Source of the DNA: an uncultured virus (IMG/VR IMGVR_UViG_3300020428_000009)
Lineage: Duplodnaviria > Heunggongvirae > Uroviricota > Caudoviricetes
DNA: 64,000 nucleotides
Reading direction: 5' to 3' (one strand)
IMG/VR virus record: IMGVR_UViG_3300020428_000009
In this document: piece by piece, positions 1 to 10,521 of the stretch
Numbering within the stretch: the stretch's first letter is position 1
Layout of the letters: the number at the start of each line of letters is the position of its first letter
Program-made: the position numbers and the translations under genes
The notes under the pieces: generated by a model
What the model saw: only the letters and a program-made list of their open reading frames with translations
Databases searched by the model: none
What the model was told of the DNA's origin: nothing

Positions 1-2
1 CA

Positions 3-1076
3 GATGAGTTTTTCGCATCTGTATATCCTACTATCTCTGCTGGTGAGACAACAAAAATTCTTCTCACATCTACACCACTTGGGTACAACCATTTCTGGAA
101 ATTTTGGAACGAAGCAGAGAAGGGCGAGAATGGATTTAAGAATATGTTCATTCACTATACAGAAATACCAGGTAGAGATGAGAAGTGGGCAGAAGAACAA
201 TTCAGACTTTTGGGAGAACTAAAATATAATCAAGAAGTATTGTGCGAATTTCTAGGTTCGTCTAATACCTTGATTAATGCTAGAACATTGAGCGTTATGT
301 CTTCAAAAGATCCGATCTACACAAAAGATAATCTAGATATATACGAAGAACCACAAGAGAATAAATACTATGTGATAGTCGCCGACACATCGAGAGGTGT
401 TGGAGGAGATTATTCGGCATTTGTGTTACTTGATATAACGGAAATGCCTTTTAGACTTGTAGGAAAATATAGAGAAAATAAAATATCGCCTCTATTATAT
501 CCTAATGTAATTGAAAAGGTAGCAACTGACTTTAATAATGCATATGTTTTGACTGAGACTAATGATATTGGACAACAGGTAGTAGATATATTACATCAAG
601 AACTGGAATATGAAAATATTTTCAGTACTGTACAAGATAGAAATAAGCAATATATTTCTCCTGGATTTGGTAAGACAACTAGGTTAGGCGTAAAAACATC
701 TAAGGCTGTAAAAAGGCAAGGATGTTTTGCTTTAAAGTCATTGTTAGAAGAAAAGAAACTTTTATTATTTGATGCTGAGTGTATATCTGAATTATCCACT
801 TTTGTAGAAAAAAGCGGAACTTTTGTTGCAGATGAAGGTTATCATGATGATTTAGCAATGTGTTTAGTATTGTTTGGTTGGGTAACGACCAATGTATTTT
901 TTAGAGATTTGACAGATGTTAATATACGAGAGGAGTTGTATAATTCGCAGATGAGTTCAATATCTTCCAATTTAACACCTTTTGGTATAATCGACACAGG
1001 ACAAGAGCCTGAGGTATTTGTTGAGAATGGTGATGCATGGGTATGGGTTAATGATGAGAAATCGGGATTATTATAA
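3..1076 (+). CDS. gp17: Terminase large subunit, C-terminal part (5' truncated by window)
   Basis: Frame open from nt 3 (DEFFASVYPTISAG..TSTPLGYNHF); nuclease motifs VADTSRGVGGDYS and GYHDDLAM; precedes tail sheath as in T4-likes. Confidence 0.95.
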   Translation, partial: DEFFASVYPTISAGETTKILLTSTPLGYNHFWKFWNEAEKGENGFKNMFIHYTEIPGRDEKWAEEQFRLLGELKYNQEVLCEFLGSSNTLINARTLSVMSSKDPIYTKDNLDIYEEPQENKYYVIVADTSRGVGGDYSAFVLLDITEMPFRLVGKYRENKISPLLYPNVIEKVATDFNNAYVLTETNDIGQQVVDILHQELEYENIFSTVQDRNKQYISPGFGKTTRLGVKTSKAVKRQGCFALKSLLEEKKLLLFDAECISELSTFVEKSGTFVADEGYHDDLAMCLVLFGWVTTNVFFRDLTDVNIREELYNSQMSSISSNLTPFGIIDTGQEPEVFVENGDAWVWVNDEKSGLL

Positions 1077-1079
1077 ATA
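1072..1079 (+). promoter_or_regulatory. T4-type late promoter TATAAATA (gp18)
   Basis: Exact TATAAATA upstream of gp18 and its GAGGAG RBS. Confidence 0.8.
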
Positions 1080-1133
1080 ATTCAGACGAAAGACTTAGTA
1101 ACACTATAATAATTTAACATCGAGGAGATCAAC

Positions 1134-3068
1134 ATGGCTTTCCAGCTATCACCAGGAGTTCTGATACAAGAACAAGACCTTACGAATGTTGTTCCCGCTG
1201 TCGCCACTACCATAGGTGGCATATGTGGAGACTTTGAGTGGGGTCCTGTACACGAAATTGTGTCCGTAGACTCAGAAAATAATCTAGTAGATCGATTCGG
1301 TAAGCCAAGACTAACCGAATACGAAGATTTTATGACCGCGGGATCATTCCTAGCATATGGGTCAAATTGTCTTACTGTCAGAGAGGTTGGAAGTTCCGCA
1401 TTGAACTCTACTTCAGATGGTACAGGATTATTAATAAAAAATAACAGCGTTTATGAAGAATCTTACAGTGGAGGAGAAGCATCAAAGGGAATTTGGGCAG
1501 CCAAATATCCAGGTGCAAAGGGTAATTCACTAAAAGTTTCTATAGCAGACTTTACATCTTGGAATGCCACATCAGTCGCATCCCTAACAATAACTAATGC
1601 AGGAACTGGATATAGTTCAGCACCAACAGTTGCTATTGCAGCCGCACCGGCGGGTGGACAAACTGCTACAGCAACCGCTACAACTGGCGGCGGTGCAATT
1701 ACAGCACTTGTTGTAACATTCGGTGGCTTTGGATATGTATCAGCACCTGCTGTAACATTTAGTGGTGGAGGTGGCTCATCTGGTGCCGCTACTGCTGTTT
1801 TAGGTACAAACTGGGCATATCAGAGTGAGTTTGACAACGCACCTGCAAATACTCAGTGGGCAGTTGACAAGTCCGCACAGTTAGACGAACTTCATGTTAT
1901 TGTCGTTGACGAGGATGGAGCGTTCACTGGTGTAGCAGGAACAGTTTTAGAAAAATTTCAGGGCTTATCAAAAGCATCTGATGCCAAAGACGATGTAAAT
2001 CAGTCAAATTACTACAAAGAAGTCATCAATAGTAGATCAAAATACATTCACTGGCTAGATCATCCTACTAACGGAACAAATTGGGGTACTGCTACAGACG
2101 CTACTGCCGGCGGAACAATTTATGAGACTTTAACTTCAGGTCTTGCTGAACTTAATGTATCTCTTGCTGGTGGTGCCGATGATGCACCCGCTACTGCTGA
2201 TCTTCAAGCAGGATATTTACTGTTTGCAAATGATGAACTAATTGATGTGTCATTAATAATGGCTTCATCACACGCAGCCGCTGTTGGAGATTACATTATT
2301 GATAATGTTACCGACATCAGAAAAGACTGTCTTGTATTCATTTCACCGCAAAGAGCATCCGTAGTCAACCAAGAAGGTAGTGAAACAACTAACATTGTTG
2401 CTGAATTATCTGCTGGCAACTATACTCGATCATCATTTGCTGTATTAGACAGTGGATGGAAATACGCATATGACAAGTACAATGATCGATATGTATATGT
2501 TCCTCTAAACGGAGACATTGCTGGTACTTGTGTTGTAGCAGATTTACGAAACGATCCTTGGTTCTCTCCAGCAGGATATAATCGAGGCGCGATTAAAAAT
2601 GCAATAAAATTAGCGTGGTCACCTAGAAAATCAGAACGAGATACTCTGTACAAGAATGGTATTAATCCAGTAGTTGGATTCCCAGGGTCAGGTATTGTTC
2701 TCTTTGGTGATAAGACATTGCTAGATAAAGATTCCGCATTTAACAGAATCAATGTACGAAGACTATTTGTTGTACTAGAAAAAGCAATATCAACTGCCGC
2801 TAAGTTTCAGTTGTTTGAATTCAACGATGCATTTACAAGAGCCCAGTTTAGATCGCTCACAGAACCTTTCTTGAGAGATGTACAGGGTCGTAGGGGCATT
2901 TATGATTTCCGAGTTGTTTGTGACGAAACAAATAACACATCGGCTGTCATAGATGCAAACGAATTCAGAGCAGATATCTTTGTTAAGCCTGCTAAGTCAA
3001 TTAATTTTATTACATTGACATTTGTAGCGACAAGAACTGGTATCTCTTTTGAAGAACTTGGTGCCTAA
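1134..3068 (+). CDS. gp18: Tail sheath protein
   Basis: MAFQLSPGV N-terminus, PWFSPAG and FNRINVRRLF motifs; synteny. Confidence 0.97.
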   Translation: MAFQLSPGVLIQEQDLTNVVPAVATTIGGICGDFEWGPVHEIVSVDSENNLVDRFGKPRLTEYEDFMTAGSFLAYGSNCLTVREVGSSALNSTSDGTGLLIKNNSVYEESYSGGEASKGIWAAKYPGAKGNSLKVSIADFTSWNATSVASLTITNAGTGYSSAPTVAIAAAPAGGQTATATATTGGGAITALVVTFGGFGYVSAPAVTFSGGGGSSGAATAVLGTNWAYQSEFDNAPANTQWAVDKSAQLDELHVIVVDEDGAFTGVAGTVLEKFQGLSKASDAKDDVNQSNYYKEVINSRSKYIHWLDHPTNGTNWGTATDATAGGTIYETLTSGLAELNVSLAGGADDAPATADLQAGYLLFANDELIDVSLIMASSHAAAVGDYIIDNVTDIRKDCLVFISPQRASVVNQEGSETTNIVAELSAGNYTRSSFAVLDSGWKYAYDKYNDRYVYVPLNGDIAGTCVVADLRNDPWFSPAGYNRGAIKNAIKLAWSPRKSERDTLYKNGINPVVGFPGSGIVLFGDKTLLDKDSAFNRINVRRLFVVLEKAISTAAKFQLFEFNDAFTRAQFRSLTEPFLRDVQGRRGIYDFRVVCDETNNTSAVIDANEFRADIFVKPAKSINFITLTFVATRTGISFEELGA

Positions 3069-3073
3069 CCTAA

Positions 3074-3081
3074 TATAAATA
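3074..3081 (+). promoter_or_regulatory. T4-type late promoter TATAAATA (gp19)
   Basis: Exact intergenic motif. Confidence 0.8.
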
Positions 3082-3105
3082 GAATATTCGAGGAGAAAAA
3101 ACGAA

Positions 3106-3621
3106 ATGAATATTGAAGAATTTAAAGCAAGGCTAGGCGCAGGTGGAGCCAGACCCAATCAATTCAGAGTGTCCTTGGCATTTCCGAGTTATGTAACAGG
3201 GGTTGACACTTCCATGAGCCTACTAGTCACAGGAGCGGCATTGCCCGCTTCTAATGTGAATCCAGCGATTATCCAGTATAGGGGTCGTGAAGTTAAACTA
3301 GCAGGCGAAAGAATATTTGATCCGTGGACAATCACGGTGGTCAATGATTCTGAATTCTCTCTGCGCCGTCCTTTCGAGGAATGGATGAATGGTCTGAATG
3401 ACAGGAACAATAACGAAGGTATTCTCACACCAAGAGAATATCAAGCAGACATTACTGTTGAACATCTTGACAGAAATGATGAAGTTTTACAGGGTGGTAA
3501 ATATACTCTAAGAAACACATTCCCTATTCAGATGTCTGAAATAGCATTGCAATACGCACAAAACGATATTTTTGAAGAATTTACTGTGACATTTCAATAC
3601 ACACACTACGATGTAGTGTAG
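3106..3621 (+). CDS. gp19: Tail tube protein
   Basis: GGARPNQF, YRGREVKLAGERIFDPWTITV, EEFTVTFQY. Confidence 0.96.
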   Translation: MNIEEFKARLGAGGARPNQFRVSLAFPSYVTGVDTSMSLLVTGAALPASNVNPAIIQYRGREVKLAGERIFDPWTITVVNDSEFSLRRPFEEWMNGLNDRNNNEGILTPREYQADITVEHLDRNDEVLQGGKYTLRNTFPIQMSEIALQYAQNDIFEEFTVTFQYTHYDVV

Positions 3622-3642
3622 TATTTTTTAGGATAATATAAT

Positions 3643-5172
3643 ATGGACTTATTTGGCTTTGAAATAAAAAGGAAGAAGCCGGGGCAGGGTGAAAAAAGTT
3701 TCGTTGCACCGGATTCTGATGGCGCTTTAGAAAGCATTAATGCGGGCGGCTACTTTGGCACTTACTTTGATGTTGAAGGTGTAGCCGCTACTGAAGCAGA
3801 ACTAATCAAAAGATATCGGGATATATCGATGATGGCAGATGTTGATTCTGCTATTGAAGATATTGTTAATGATAGTATATCAAACACCGATGACGAAAAA
3901 CCCCTATCAATCGATCTAGACAATCTTAAAGCATCTGCTAACATCAAGAAGGCTATTGAGCAGGAATATGATAATGTAATGCGGTTGTTAGACTTTAATG
4001 ACAAGGCGCAAGATTATTATAAGCGTTGGTATGTCGATGGTCGCATATACTTTCACAAAGTAATTGATCTACAAAAACCTAAAGAAGGTATAAAGGATAT
4101 TCGTTATATCGATCCTAGAAAGATCAAGAAAGTTCGTGAAGTAAAAAGAGAGAAAACAAAAGGTGCTAATGGTAAAGGCGGCATTGATGTCATAAAAGAG
4201 GTCAATGAATACTTTATCTATGACGATAAGGGCATCAAACAAAAAGCAGGCAACTACACACCAGCAAACGCAAACGATAAAGCAATAAAGATATCGAAAG
4301 ATGCTATTGCTTATTGTCCTTCTGGTTTAGTAGATCAAGATAAAAATATACCACTTTCTTATCTACACAAAGCAATAAGACCTGCCAATCAATTAAGAAT
4401 GATGGAAAATGCGGTAGTTATCTATCGTATTACACGGGCTCCAGAAAGAAGAATCTTTTATATAGATGTTGGTAACTTACCTACGGGTAAAGCAGAACAA
4501 TATCTAAAAGATATAATGGAGAGATATCGTAATAAACTAGTCTATGATGCTGGTACAGGCGAAATTAGAGATGATAAAAAGTTCATGTCGATGCTTGAAG
4601 ACTTTTGGTTACCACGAAAAGAAGGTGGCAGAGGAACAGAGATTCAAACATTACCGGGTGGAGACAATCTAGGACAAATTGAAGATGTTATATATTTTCA
4701 AAGAAAACTTTATCAATCTTTAAATGTTCCTGTTTCAAGATTAGAGCAACAAGCGGGATTAAATTTTGGTCGATCTGCTGAAATAACTAGAGATGAACTT
4801 AAATTTACAAAATTCATTGCAAAGTTGCGTAAAAGATTCGCAATACTTTTTGACGATCTTCTAAGAACTCAGTTAATACTTAAAGGTATTATCAATGATA
4901 AAGACTGGGAAGATATGAGAGAAGACATTCGCTATATTTTTGCTTCAGATGTTTACTATACTGAATCAAAAGAGCAGGAAATTCTCAGAAGTAGAATTGA
5001 AGTATTGAATGGAGTTGCTCCATATGTTGGTCAAATGTTCAGTAAGAGTTATGTTCAGAAAAATATTCTCAAATTATCTGATGAAGAGATTGCTGAAATT
5101 GATAGTGAAATCGATAACCCAGAAGACCATCGTATAGGAGATGACGCCTGGGATCAAAATGAAGGACAGTAG
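3643..5172 (+). CDS. gp20: Portal vertex protein
   Basis: YRITRAPERRIFYIDVGNLP, MLEDFWLPRKEGGRGTEI. Confidence 0.97.
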   Translation: MDLFGFEIKRKKPGQGEKSFVAPDSDGALESINAGGYFGTYFDVEGVAATEAELIKRYRDISMMADVDSAIEDIVNDSISNTDDEKPLSIDLDNLKASANIKKAIEQEYDNVMRLLDFNDKAQDYYKRWYVDGRIYFHKVIDLQKPKEGIKDIRYIDPRKIKKVREVKREKTKGANGKGGIDVIKEVNEYFIYDDKGIKQKAGNYTPANANDKAIKISKDAIAYCPSGLVDQDKNIPLSYLHKAIRPANQLRMMENAVVIYRITRAPERRIFYIDVGNLPTGKAEQYLKDIMERYRNKLVYDAGTGEIRDDKKFMSMLEDFWLPRKEGGRGTEIQTLPGGDNLGQIEDVIYFQRKLYQSLNVPVSRLEQQAGLNFGRSAEITRDELKFTKFIAKLRKRFAILFDDLLRTQLILKGIINDKDWEDMREDIRYIFASDVYYTESKEQEILRSRIEVLNGVAPYVGQMFSKSYVQKNILKLSDEEIAEIDSEIDNPEDHRIGDDAWDQNEGQ

Positions 5173-5174
5173 AT

Positions 5175-7760
5175 ATGTCCCAGTACGAAGATGCACTAGG
5201 AAAATTTAAAACTGGAGCAACATCGGCATTTCTAAGTGGCGCAAAATTTCCAAATAACACAGGTGGAATATCAGAAAACCTTTTTGAAGGCGCCGTTGCT
5301 ACTGACAAAAATGCTACTAAATCGGCCGCACATACTGCTGTCGAAGGATTGGTAAATGCCTTAGGGAATATAACTAATACTAATACTGCTACTGATCCAG
5401 AAGAAGACCTCAATGAGCAAAGAAAATTTGCCGCAGGTAAACAAGTTGCCATAACAAAATTTGACACTGATTATGGATCAGTCTCACCATATTCTGGAAC
5501 TTATGGGTGGATAGATGCCGCACCTAAACGAATTGGTGGAAGTGCTACTATAACAGACAGTAGTTTTGTTGATAGATGGTCAACTAGATTATTTCAAGGA
5601 GTACATGCGTACTTATATTCAACATATCATGGAAGTGATTATGCATATGGTGGTTCTGATTACCCTGCATCATCAAATGATACCGAATATGCTATTAAGA
5701 ATCCAGAAGTTGAAGCAGAAGCACTCGCATTAATTCGTACCAATGAACCATCTCATTATTACGATGGAACAGATACAGATAATTGGCCAGAGTTTGATCC
5801 TGATGTAGTTGTTCCATCAGACACAAAGTTATATTTGCCAGGCGATGCTGGTGGCATCTCTAATCCTTTAAGAGTACATAATTTAAGTGATCAGTATCTA
5901 CTTGTTCAACCAGGTACGATTACTTCTATACCATGTGCAACGGGTCGTGATGGATTTCAGCGAGGTAGATTTGAAATATTACGGACTAATGCAGTCACCA
6001 AGGGCCCATGGCCATGGATAGGTTGGTTTTCAAAAACGCCTGGAGACAGAACACAGTTAGCAACTTTACTAAGCACTAGAGAAAGTGCTATATGGCCTGT
6101 AGGAAATAGAACAAGCCAAGGAACTCCTGCCGCTGGACAAGTTAAGGCAATGTATTTACACCATCAATATGTTCAAGGTTGGAGAGATTCTTGGACTTGG
6201 GCAACATACGATATCAAAGATAAAGATGACAACCTTCTTCCATATTGGTATTATGCTAGATTAGAACAGTCTACTCTATACTATTTGAATTTTATGTCGT
6301 GGGATTTTCTCGCCGATGGAGGAGGCACTTCTATTCAGCATGAAATGATTCCGGGACAAGAATACAAAGAAGGAACTAGGGCAGGGAACGGCTGGAAGTA
6401 TACGCAAGGATATAGATTCGTTACAAAACTAAGTCAGAATTCAAATGCGTTGAGAACAAATACTACTGTCAAACAAACTAACGATCATATATTAATGCAT
6501 GATGTTAATCTTACAGAGGACGCTCTTACATCACCAACATTAACTTCTGAAGGATTCGGAACACGCCCGTACGCTGGTCAGTTTACATCTGCACAGGGTA
6601 AATGCTCATACATTCCAATAGATACAACCGGTAAAACTGGTACTGCATGGAGAGCCGTTTTAGAATCAGATTCCGCATTGAATAATGGCAATAATCCAGA
6701 CCCGTTTATGGGAATGTGGATTTCAGAAACACCTGGAGATAAGCCGATAGGTACTGGTAAGAAAGCACACATGGCTACTACATTGCAGGGAAATTATGGA
6801 GTTGTAACTTACTCAGTTTTAGATGAAGCAAATGTCAAACATGTAAAGAGAGATGATGCAACTGCTGGAGCGACCGATAGTGGTGCTAGTGCAGGTGCTA
6901 ATGAGATAATGACTGCAAAAGAAATTAGTACTGCCGGAGGATTAGTACAGACATTCTTCTTGGGAACATCTACTAACAATAGAGTTATGTGTGTCAAAAT
7001 TGTCACTCCTCCAGCGACTGCTGATAGAACAAGTTTTAGATTAGAATTAGATATAGACGGCGCTACATTTGGTGGTACAAGTAATCTACATTGGATATCA
7101 GTTAATCCAAATGGATCTTTATTTGACTTTATTTCTGGTAATGGCGCTATTTCTAGATATACAAGTGGTTCTTCTCATTTCAGTTTTTATGGAACTGCTT
7201 CAGGTGAATCAACATCTGATGTTTTATTGCAAAATAATTCAATTCAGTTGGATATGGGGAAAACATATTATATAAATATAATTAATGCTACAGATGTATC
7301 ATCTTTAGTTGCATTAAGAAATGTTACTGCGGTGTCTGGTGCCTCAGTTGGTAGGCATAGATTTTCTGCGGTATGGAGCGTGTTGAATGACGGAGCACAG
7401 CAAAGTTCTGCGGCTACTTCAAGAGATTCGTTTCATGATTATGAACTAATTGCAGGTAGAACTTATTATTTAAATATGATGCATCTTGAAGTTGGTACTG
7501 GACACAATTATGCGAAATACGGAAAGAATTATTTTCTGTATGTACCATACAATAGACTAGATGCAAGCGAAGGTCCAGAAACATATAGTCTATTACACTG
7601 GACAGATAATGGTTTGTATGATGATGGGTACCCAGTTAGTGGTAATGCAGGAGAATATATTGGACTATCGTCTAGAAATCCTGTTATACAACATCATCCA
7701 TTGCGTGGAATAAAATATGCAGATCGTTTGGCGGGTATAAGTCAAGGTTCCGCTACTTAA
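5175..7760 (+). CDS. 861-aa hypothetical protein, probably virion-associated, with internally repeated beta-rich module
   Basis: Long ORF in late head operon; G/T/S/Y/W-rich; three W-x-S-x-x-P and three YY[LI]N motifs. Confidence 0.6.
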   Translation: MSQYEDALGKFKTGATSAFLSGAKFPNNTGGISENLFEGAVATDKNATKSAAHTAVEGLVNALGNITNTNTATDPEEDLNEQRKFAAGKQVAITKFDTDYGSVSPYSGTYGWIDAAPKRIGGSATITDSSFVDRWSTRLFQGVHAYLYSTYHGSDYAYGGSDYPASSNDTEYAIKNPEVEAEALALIRTNEPSHYYDGTDTDNWPEFDPDVVVPSDTKLYLPGDAGGISNPLRVHNLSDQYLLVQPGTITSIPCATGRDGFQRGRFEILRTNAVTKGPWPWIGWFSKTPGDRTQLATLLSTRESAIWPVGNRTSQGTPAAGQVKAMYLHHQYVQGWRDSWTWATYDIKDKDDNLLPYWYYARLEQSTLYYLNFMSWDFLADGGGTSIQHEMIPGQEYKEGTRAGNGWKYTQGYRFVTKLSQNSNALRTNTTVKQTNDHILMHDVNLTEDALTSPTLTSEGFGTRPYAGQFTSAQGKCSYIPIDTTGKTGTAWRAVLESDSALNNGNNPDPFMGMWISETPGDKPIGTGKKAHMATTLQGNYGVVTYSVLDEANVKHVKRDDATAGATDSGASAGANEIMTAKEISTAGGLVQTFFLGTSTNNRVMCVKIVTPPATADRTSFRLELDIDGATFGGTSNLHWISVNPNGSLFDFISGNGAISRYTSGSSHFSFYGTASGESTSDVLLQNNSIQLDMGKTYYINIINATDVSSLVALRNVTAVSGASVGRHRFSAVWSVLNDGAQQSSAATSRDSFHDYELIAGRTYYLNMMHLEVGTGHNYAKYGKNYFLYVPYNRLDASEGPETYSLLHWTDNGLYDDGYPVSGNAGEYIGLSSRNPVIQHHPLRGIKYADRLAGISQGSAT

Positions 7761-7788
7761 AGTGAGTTAATATAGTAAGGAGATTATA

Positions 7789-8136
7789 ATGTCAGAAGTA
7801 GAACAAGAAATAGAAGTAACTGATGAAATCAGTTCACAAGATCAAATCAGAAGTATGATGGATAAGTGGGCAGACGGAGATGTTACAGGTGCACAAGATG
7901 AATTTAATGCTATTGTAGGATCAAAAGCAGATGCTTTAGTAGCAGGACGGAGAGAAGAAATGGCAAATACAGTATTCAATGCTGATCCTAAGCCAGATGA
8001 AAGATTAGTGCCAGGTGCACCACCTGAAGACGAACCTGAACCAAAAGAAAGAGAGGAGTCTGAAGATGCTCCTGAGGAAGAAGAACAAGAAGAACAAGAG
8101 TCGGGCGAAGAAGAGCCTGAAGATTCAACCAATTAA
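7789..8136 (+). CDS. Acidic prohead core protein (gp67-like)
   Basis: Small, very Glu-rich; position between portal and protease. Confidence 0.6.
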   Translation: MSEVEQEIEVTDEISSQDQIRSMMDKWADGDVTGAQDEFNAIVGSKADALVAGRREEMANTVFNADPKPDERLVPGAPPEDEPEPKEREESEDAPEEEEQEEQESGEEEPEDSTN

Positions 8137-8152
8137 TTAATAGGAAGAAGAA

Positions 8153-8542
8153 ATGGCAGTCACAGTAGATGTTTTGAAATTAACTCAAACTCAAGGAGTT
8201 GTCGCAGTTCGTGGAACAGCCGCTACTGGGACAATCGCTTTAGCAACAACGCTAAAGAAATCATCGGAGACTCAATCTTCTCCTAAAGCAAACATAAAAG
8301 CAATTCACTGGACATTATCTAGTGGTGCTAGTGCAAAAGTAAATCGAAATTCAAAGACACTTTATGAATTACAAGTAGAGGGGCATCGTGATTTTTATGG
8401 ATTCTCTGACAATGACGAGAACGACTCTAATGTAGAGATTGTTATCGCTGGCGGAGATGGTGGTACAGTAATCGTAGAACTTGCTAAGATTTCTGGTTAT
8501 GGCTCTCAGCAACATCAAGACGCAGATGGGACACTAGGCTAA
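8153..8542 (+). CDS. Hypothetical head-region protein (gp68 position)
   Basis: RBS and position directly before gp21; function inferred from synteny only. Confidence 0.5.
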   Translation: MAVTVDVLKLTQTQGVVAVRGTAATGTIALATTLKKSSETQSSPKANIKAIHWTLSSGASAKVNRNSKTLYELQVEGHRDFYGFSDNDENDSNVEIVIAGGDGGTVIVELAKISGYGSQQHQDADGTLG

Positions 8543-9195
8543 TGAAACTTATTAAAGAACTTACAGAAGATGTTCAATACATCGTAGAAGAAAAAGACGG
8601 TAAGAAAAATCTTTATATTGAAGGCGTCTTCTTGCAATCTGATCTCAAGAACAGGAACGGTAGATTATATCCTAAAGAGATCATGCAAAGAGAAGTTGTA
8701 CGATACCACAAAGAACAAATCGACACTAAAAGGGCAATGGGAGAACTTGGACACCCTGACGGCCCGAATATCAATCTAGATCGTGTATCTCATATGATCA
8801 CTTCTTTAAAAGAAGATGGTCCTAACTGGATTGGTAGAGCAAAAGTATTAGATACACCCATGGGTAGAATAGCAAAAAGTCTTATTGAAGAAGGCGCACA
8901 ACTTGGCGTTAGTTCAAGGGGACTTGGAAGTTTGAAAGAGAAAAACGGAATCAATGAAGTTCAAGATGATTTTGTTCTATCTACTGCCGCTGATATAGTT
9001 TCTGATCCTTCAGCACCTGATGCATTTGTTAACGGCATCATGGAGACTAAGGAATGGGTTATCGTTGATGGTGTATGGCATGAAAGAGAAATGGCACAAG
9101 CCAAAGCGTATATTAGCAAAGCCAGTACTGGTGAACTGGAAGAGGCAAAGATGCATGTATTCAGTTCTTTCATGAATAAACTGTCAAAAATCTAA
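8542..9195 (+). CDS. gp21: Prohead core protease
   Basis: NRNGRLYP, GELGHP, GVSSRGLGS, DIVSDPSAPDAFV. Confidence 0.97.
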   Translation: MKLIKELTEDVQYIVEEKDGKKNLYIEGVFLQSDLKNRNGRLYPKEIMQREVVRYHKEQIDTKRAMGELGHPDGPNINLDRVSHMITSLKEDGPNWIGRAKVLDTPMGRIAKSLIEEGAQLGVSSRGLGSLKEKNGINEVQDDFVLSTAADIVSDPSAPDAFVNGIMETKEWVIVDGVWHEREMAQAKAYISKASTGELEEAKMHVFSSFMNKLSKI

Positions 9196-9200
9196 TTTTG

Positions 9201-9208
9201 TATAAATA
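9201..9208 (+). promoter_or_regulatory. T4-type late promoter TATAAATA (gp22)
   Basis: Exact intergenic motif. Confidence 0.8.
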
Positions 9209-9242
9209 ATTATCAGCAAACGAAATCTCAAGGAGACTAAAG

Positions 9243-10469
9243 ATGGCAATCGAAAGCAAAATCAGAGAACTTCTCTCTAAGAGCCGCGAAGTAGAAGCGG
9301 AACTTAATGAAGAAGTTACCGAACTGGACGAGAAGACTGCGGCAGCACGACCTCTTGACAAAGATCAAGGCGATGCAACCAATCCTACTCAAGGTTCATC
9401 AAATCCTAATCCAGAGCAACAAGACTTATCTGGAACTGGAGACGCTAAGGGCGGATTAACTGCTCCTGTTGGAAAGGCGGCAGCCGCGAAAGCAGGAAGT
9501 GCAACTGCACCTCAAACTACTGGCGCTGGACAGGCTCCCAATTTTACAGATCAAACAGGTAGCGAAACTGTTGTAGCACAATCTTCTTCTAAGGGCAATG
9601 TTGCTCAAGAAGAGACAGAAGAAGATGAAGATCAAGAAGTAGTTGCAGAAGACGAAACTTCAGAAGAAGAAGTGGAAGTAGTTGCAGAAGACGAATCTTC
9701 AGAAGAAGAAACAGTTGAAGCCGAAGAAGAAACAGAGGAAGAAACTCTGTTTGAAAACGATATTCAAAACCTTTTCGCTGACGAGGAACACCTCTCAGAA
9801 GACTTCAAAGTTAAGGCGGCACAATTATTTGAGGCAGTTGTTACAGCCCGAGTAGCCAACGAGATGGAGAAAATAGAAAAAGAATTGGCTGAAGAAGCCG
9901 ACATTCAGAAAGAAACATTCAAAGAGGATATGGTACAAAAGATTGATCAATACCTCAACTATGTTGCAGAAAACTGGATGAAAGAAAATGAACTTGCTAT
10001 TGAGCGTGGTTTAAGAACTGAAATCACAGAAGATTTTATCAAGGGCATGAAGACTCTTTTCGCAGAGCATTACATTGATGTGCCACAAGACAAATATGAT
10101 GTGCTTGGCGAAATGCAGGACGAAATTGAGGATCTGAAGAAGAAACTTAATGAGTCTGTTGAAGAGAAGATTTCTATCACTAATGACAAGATCAACCTTC
10201 AAAGATCGAAAGTTGTTGCAGAACAGACAGATGATCTAACCGCAACTGAGAAAGAAAAACTTGAATCTTTGATTGAAGACATCGAATTCGGAAGTGAAGA
10301 AATTTTCGCTGAAAAAGTTGCAGTAATTAAGGAAAATTATTTCCCCAAACAACAGACTGCATCATCTTCGGACGATAAACTTGAAGACACGGTTGCACCA
10401 GAATTTATTGAAGAGTCAGGTTCAATCAGTCGTTACGCTCAAGCGATTACGAAATCCGTTAGAAAATAA
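9243..10469 (+). CDS. gp22: Prohead core scaffolding protein
   Basis: Acidic coiled coil; YLNYVAENWMKENELAIERGLRTEI; lies between gp21 and gp23. Confidence 0.93.
   Translation: MAIESKIRELLSKSREVEAELNEEVTELDEKTAAARPLDKDQGDATNPTQGSSNPNPEQQDLSGTGDAKGGLTAPVGKAAAAKAGSATAPQTTGAGQAPNFTDQTGSETVVAQSSSKGNVAQEETEEDEDQEVVAEDETSEEEVEVVAEDESSEEETVEAEEETEEETLFENDIQNLFADEEHLSEDFKVKAAQLFEAVVTARVANEMEKIEKELAEEADIQKETFKEDMVQKIDQYLNYVAENWMKENELAIERGLRTEITEDFIKGMKTLFAEHYIDVPQDKYDVLGEMQDEIEDLKKKLNESVEEKISITNDKINLQRSKVVAEQTDDLTATEKEKLESLIEDIEFGSEEIFAEKVAVIKENYFPKQQTASSSDDKLEDTVAPEFIEESGSISRYAQAITKSVRK
9636..9710 (+). repeat. Near-perfect tandem duplication inside gp22 (EVVAEDE[TS]SEEE x2)
   Basis: gaagtagttgcagaagacgaa(a/t)cttcagaagaagaa occurs twice. 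Confidence 0.8.
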
Positions 10470-10475
10470 TTGTAT

Positions 10476-10483
10476 TATAAATA
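10476..10483 (+). promoter_or_regulatory. T4-type late promoter TATAAATA (gp23)
   Basis: Exact intergenic motif. Confidence 0.85.
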
Positions 10484-10521
10484 ATTGTTAAACAAAAGAC
10501 CTTAATAAGGAGAAAACGAAA

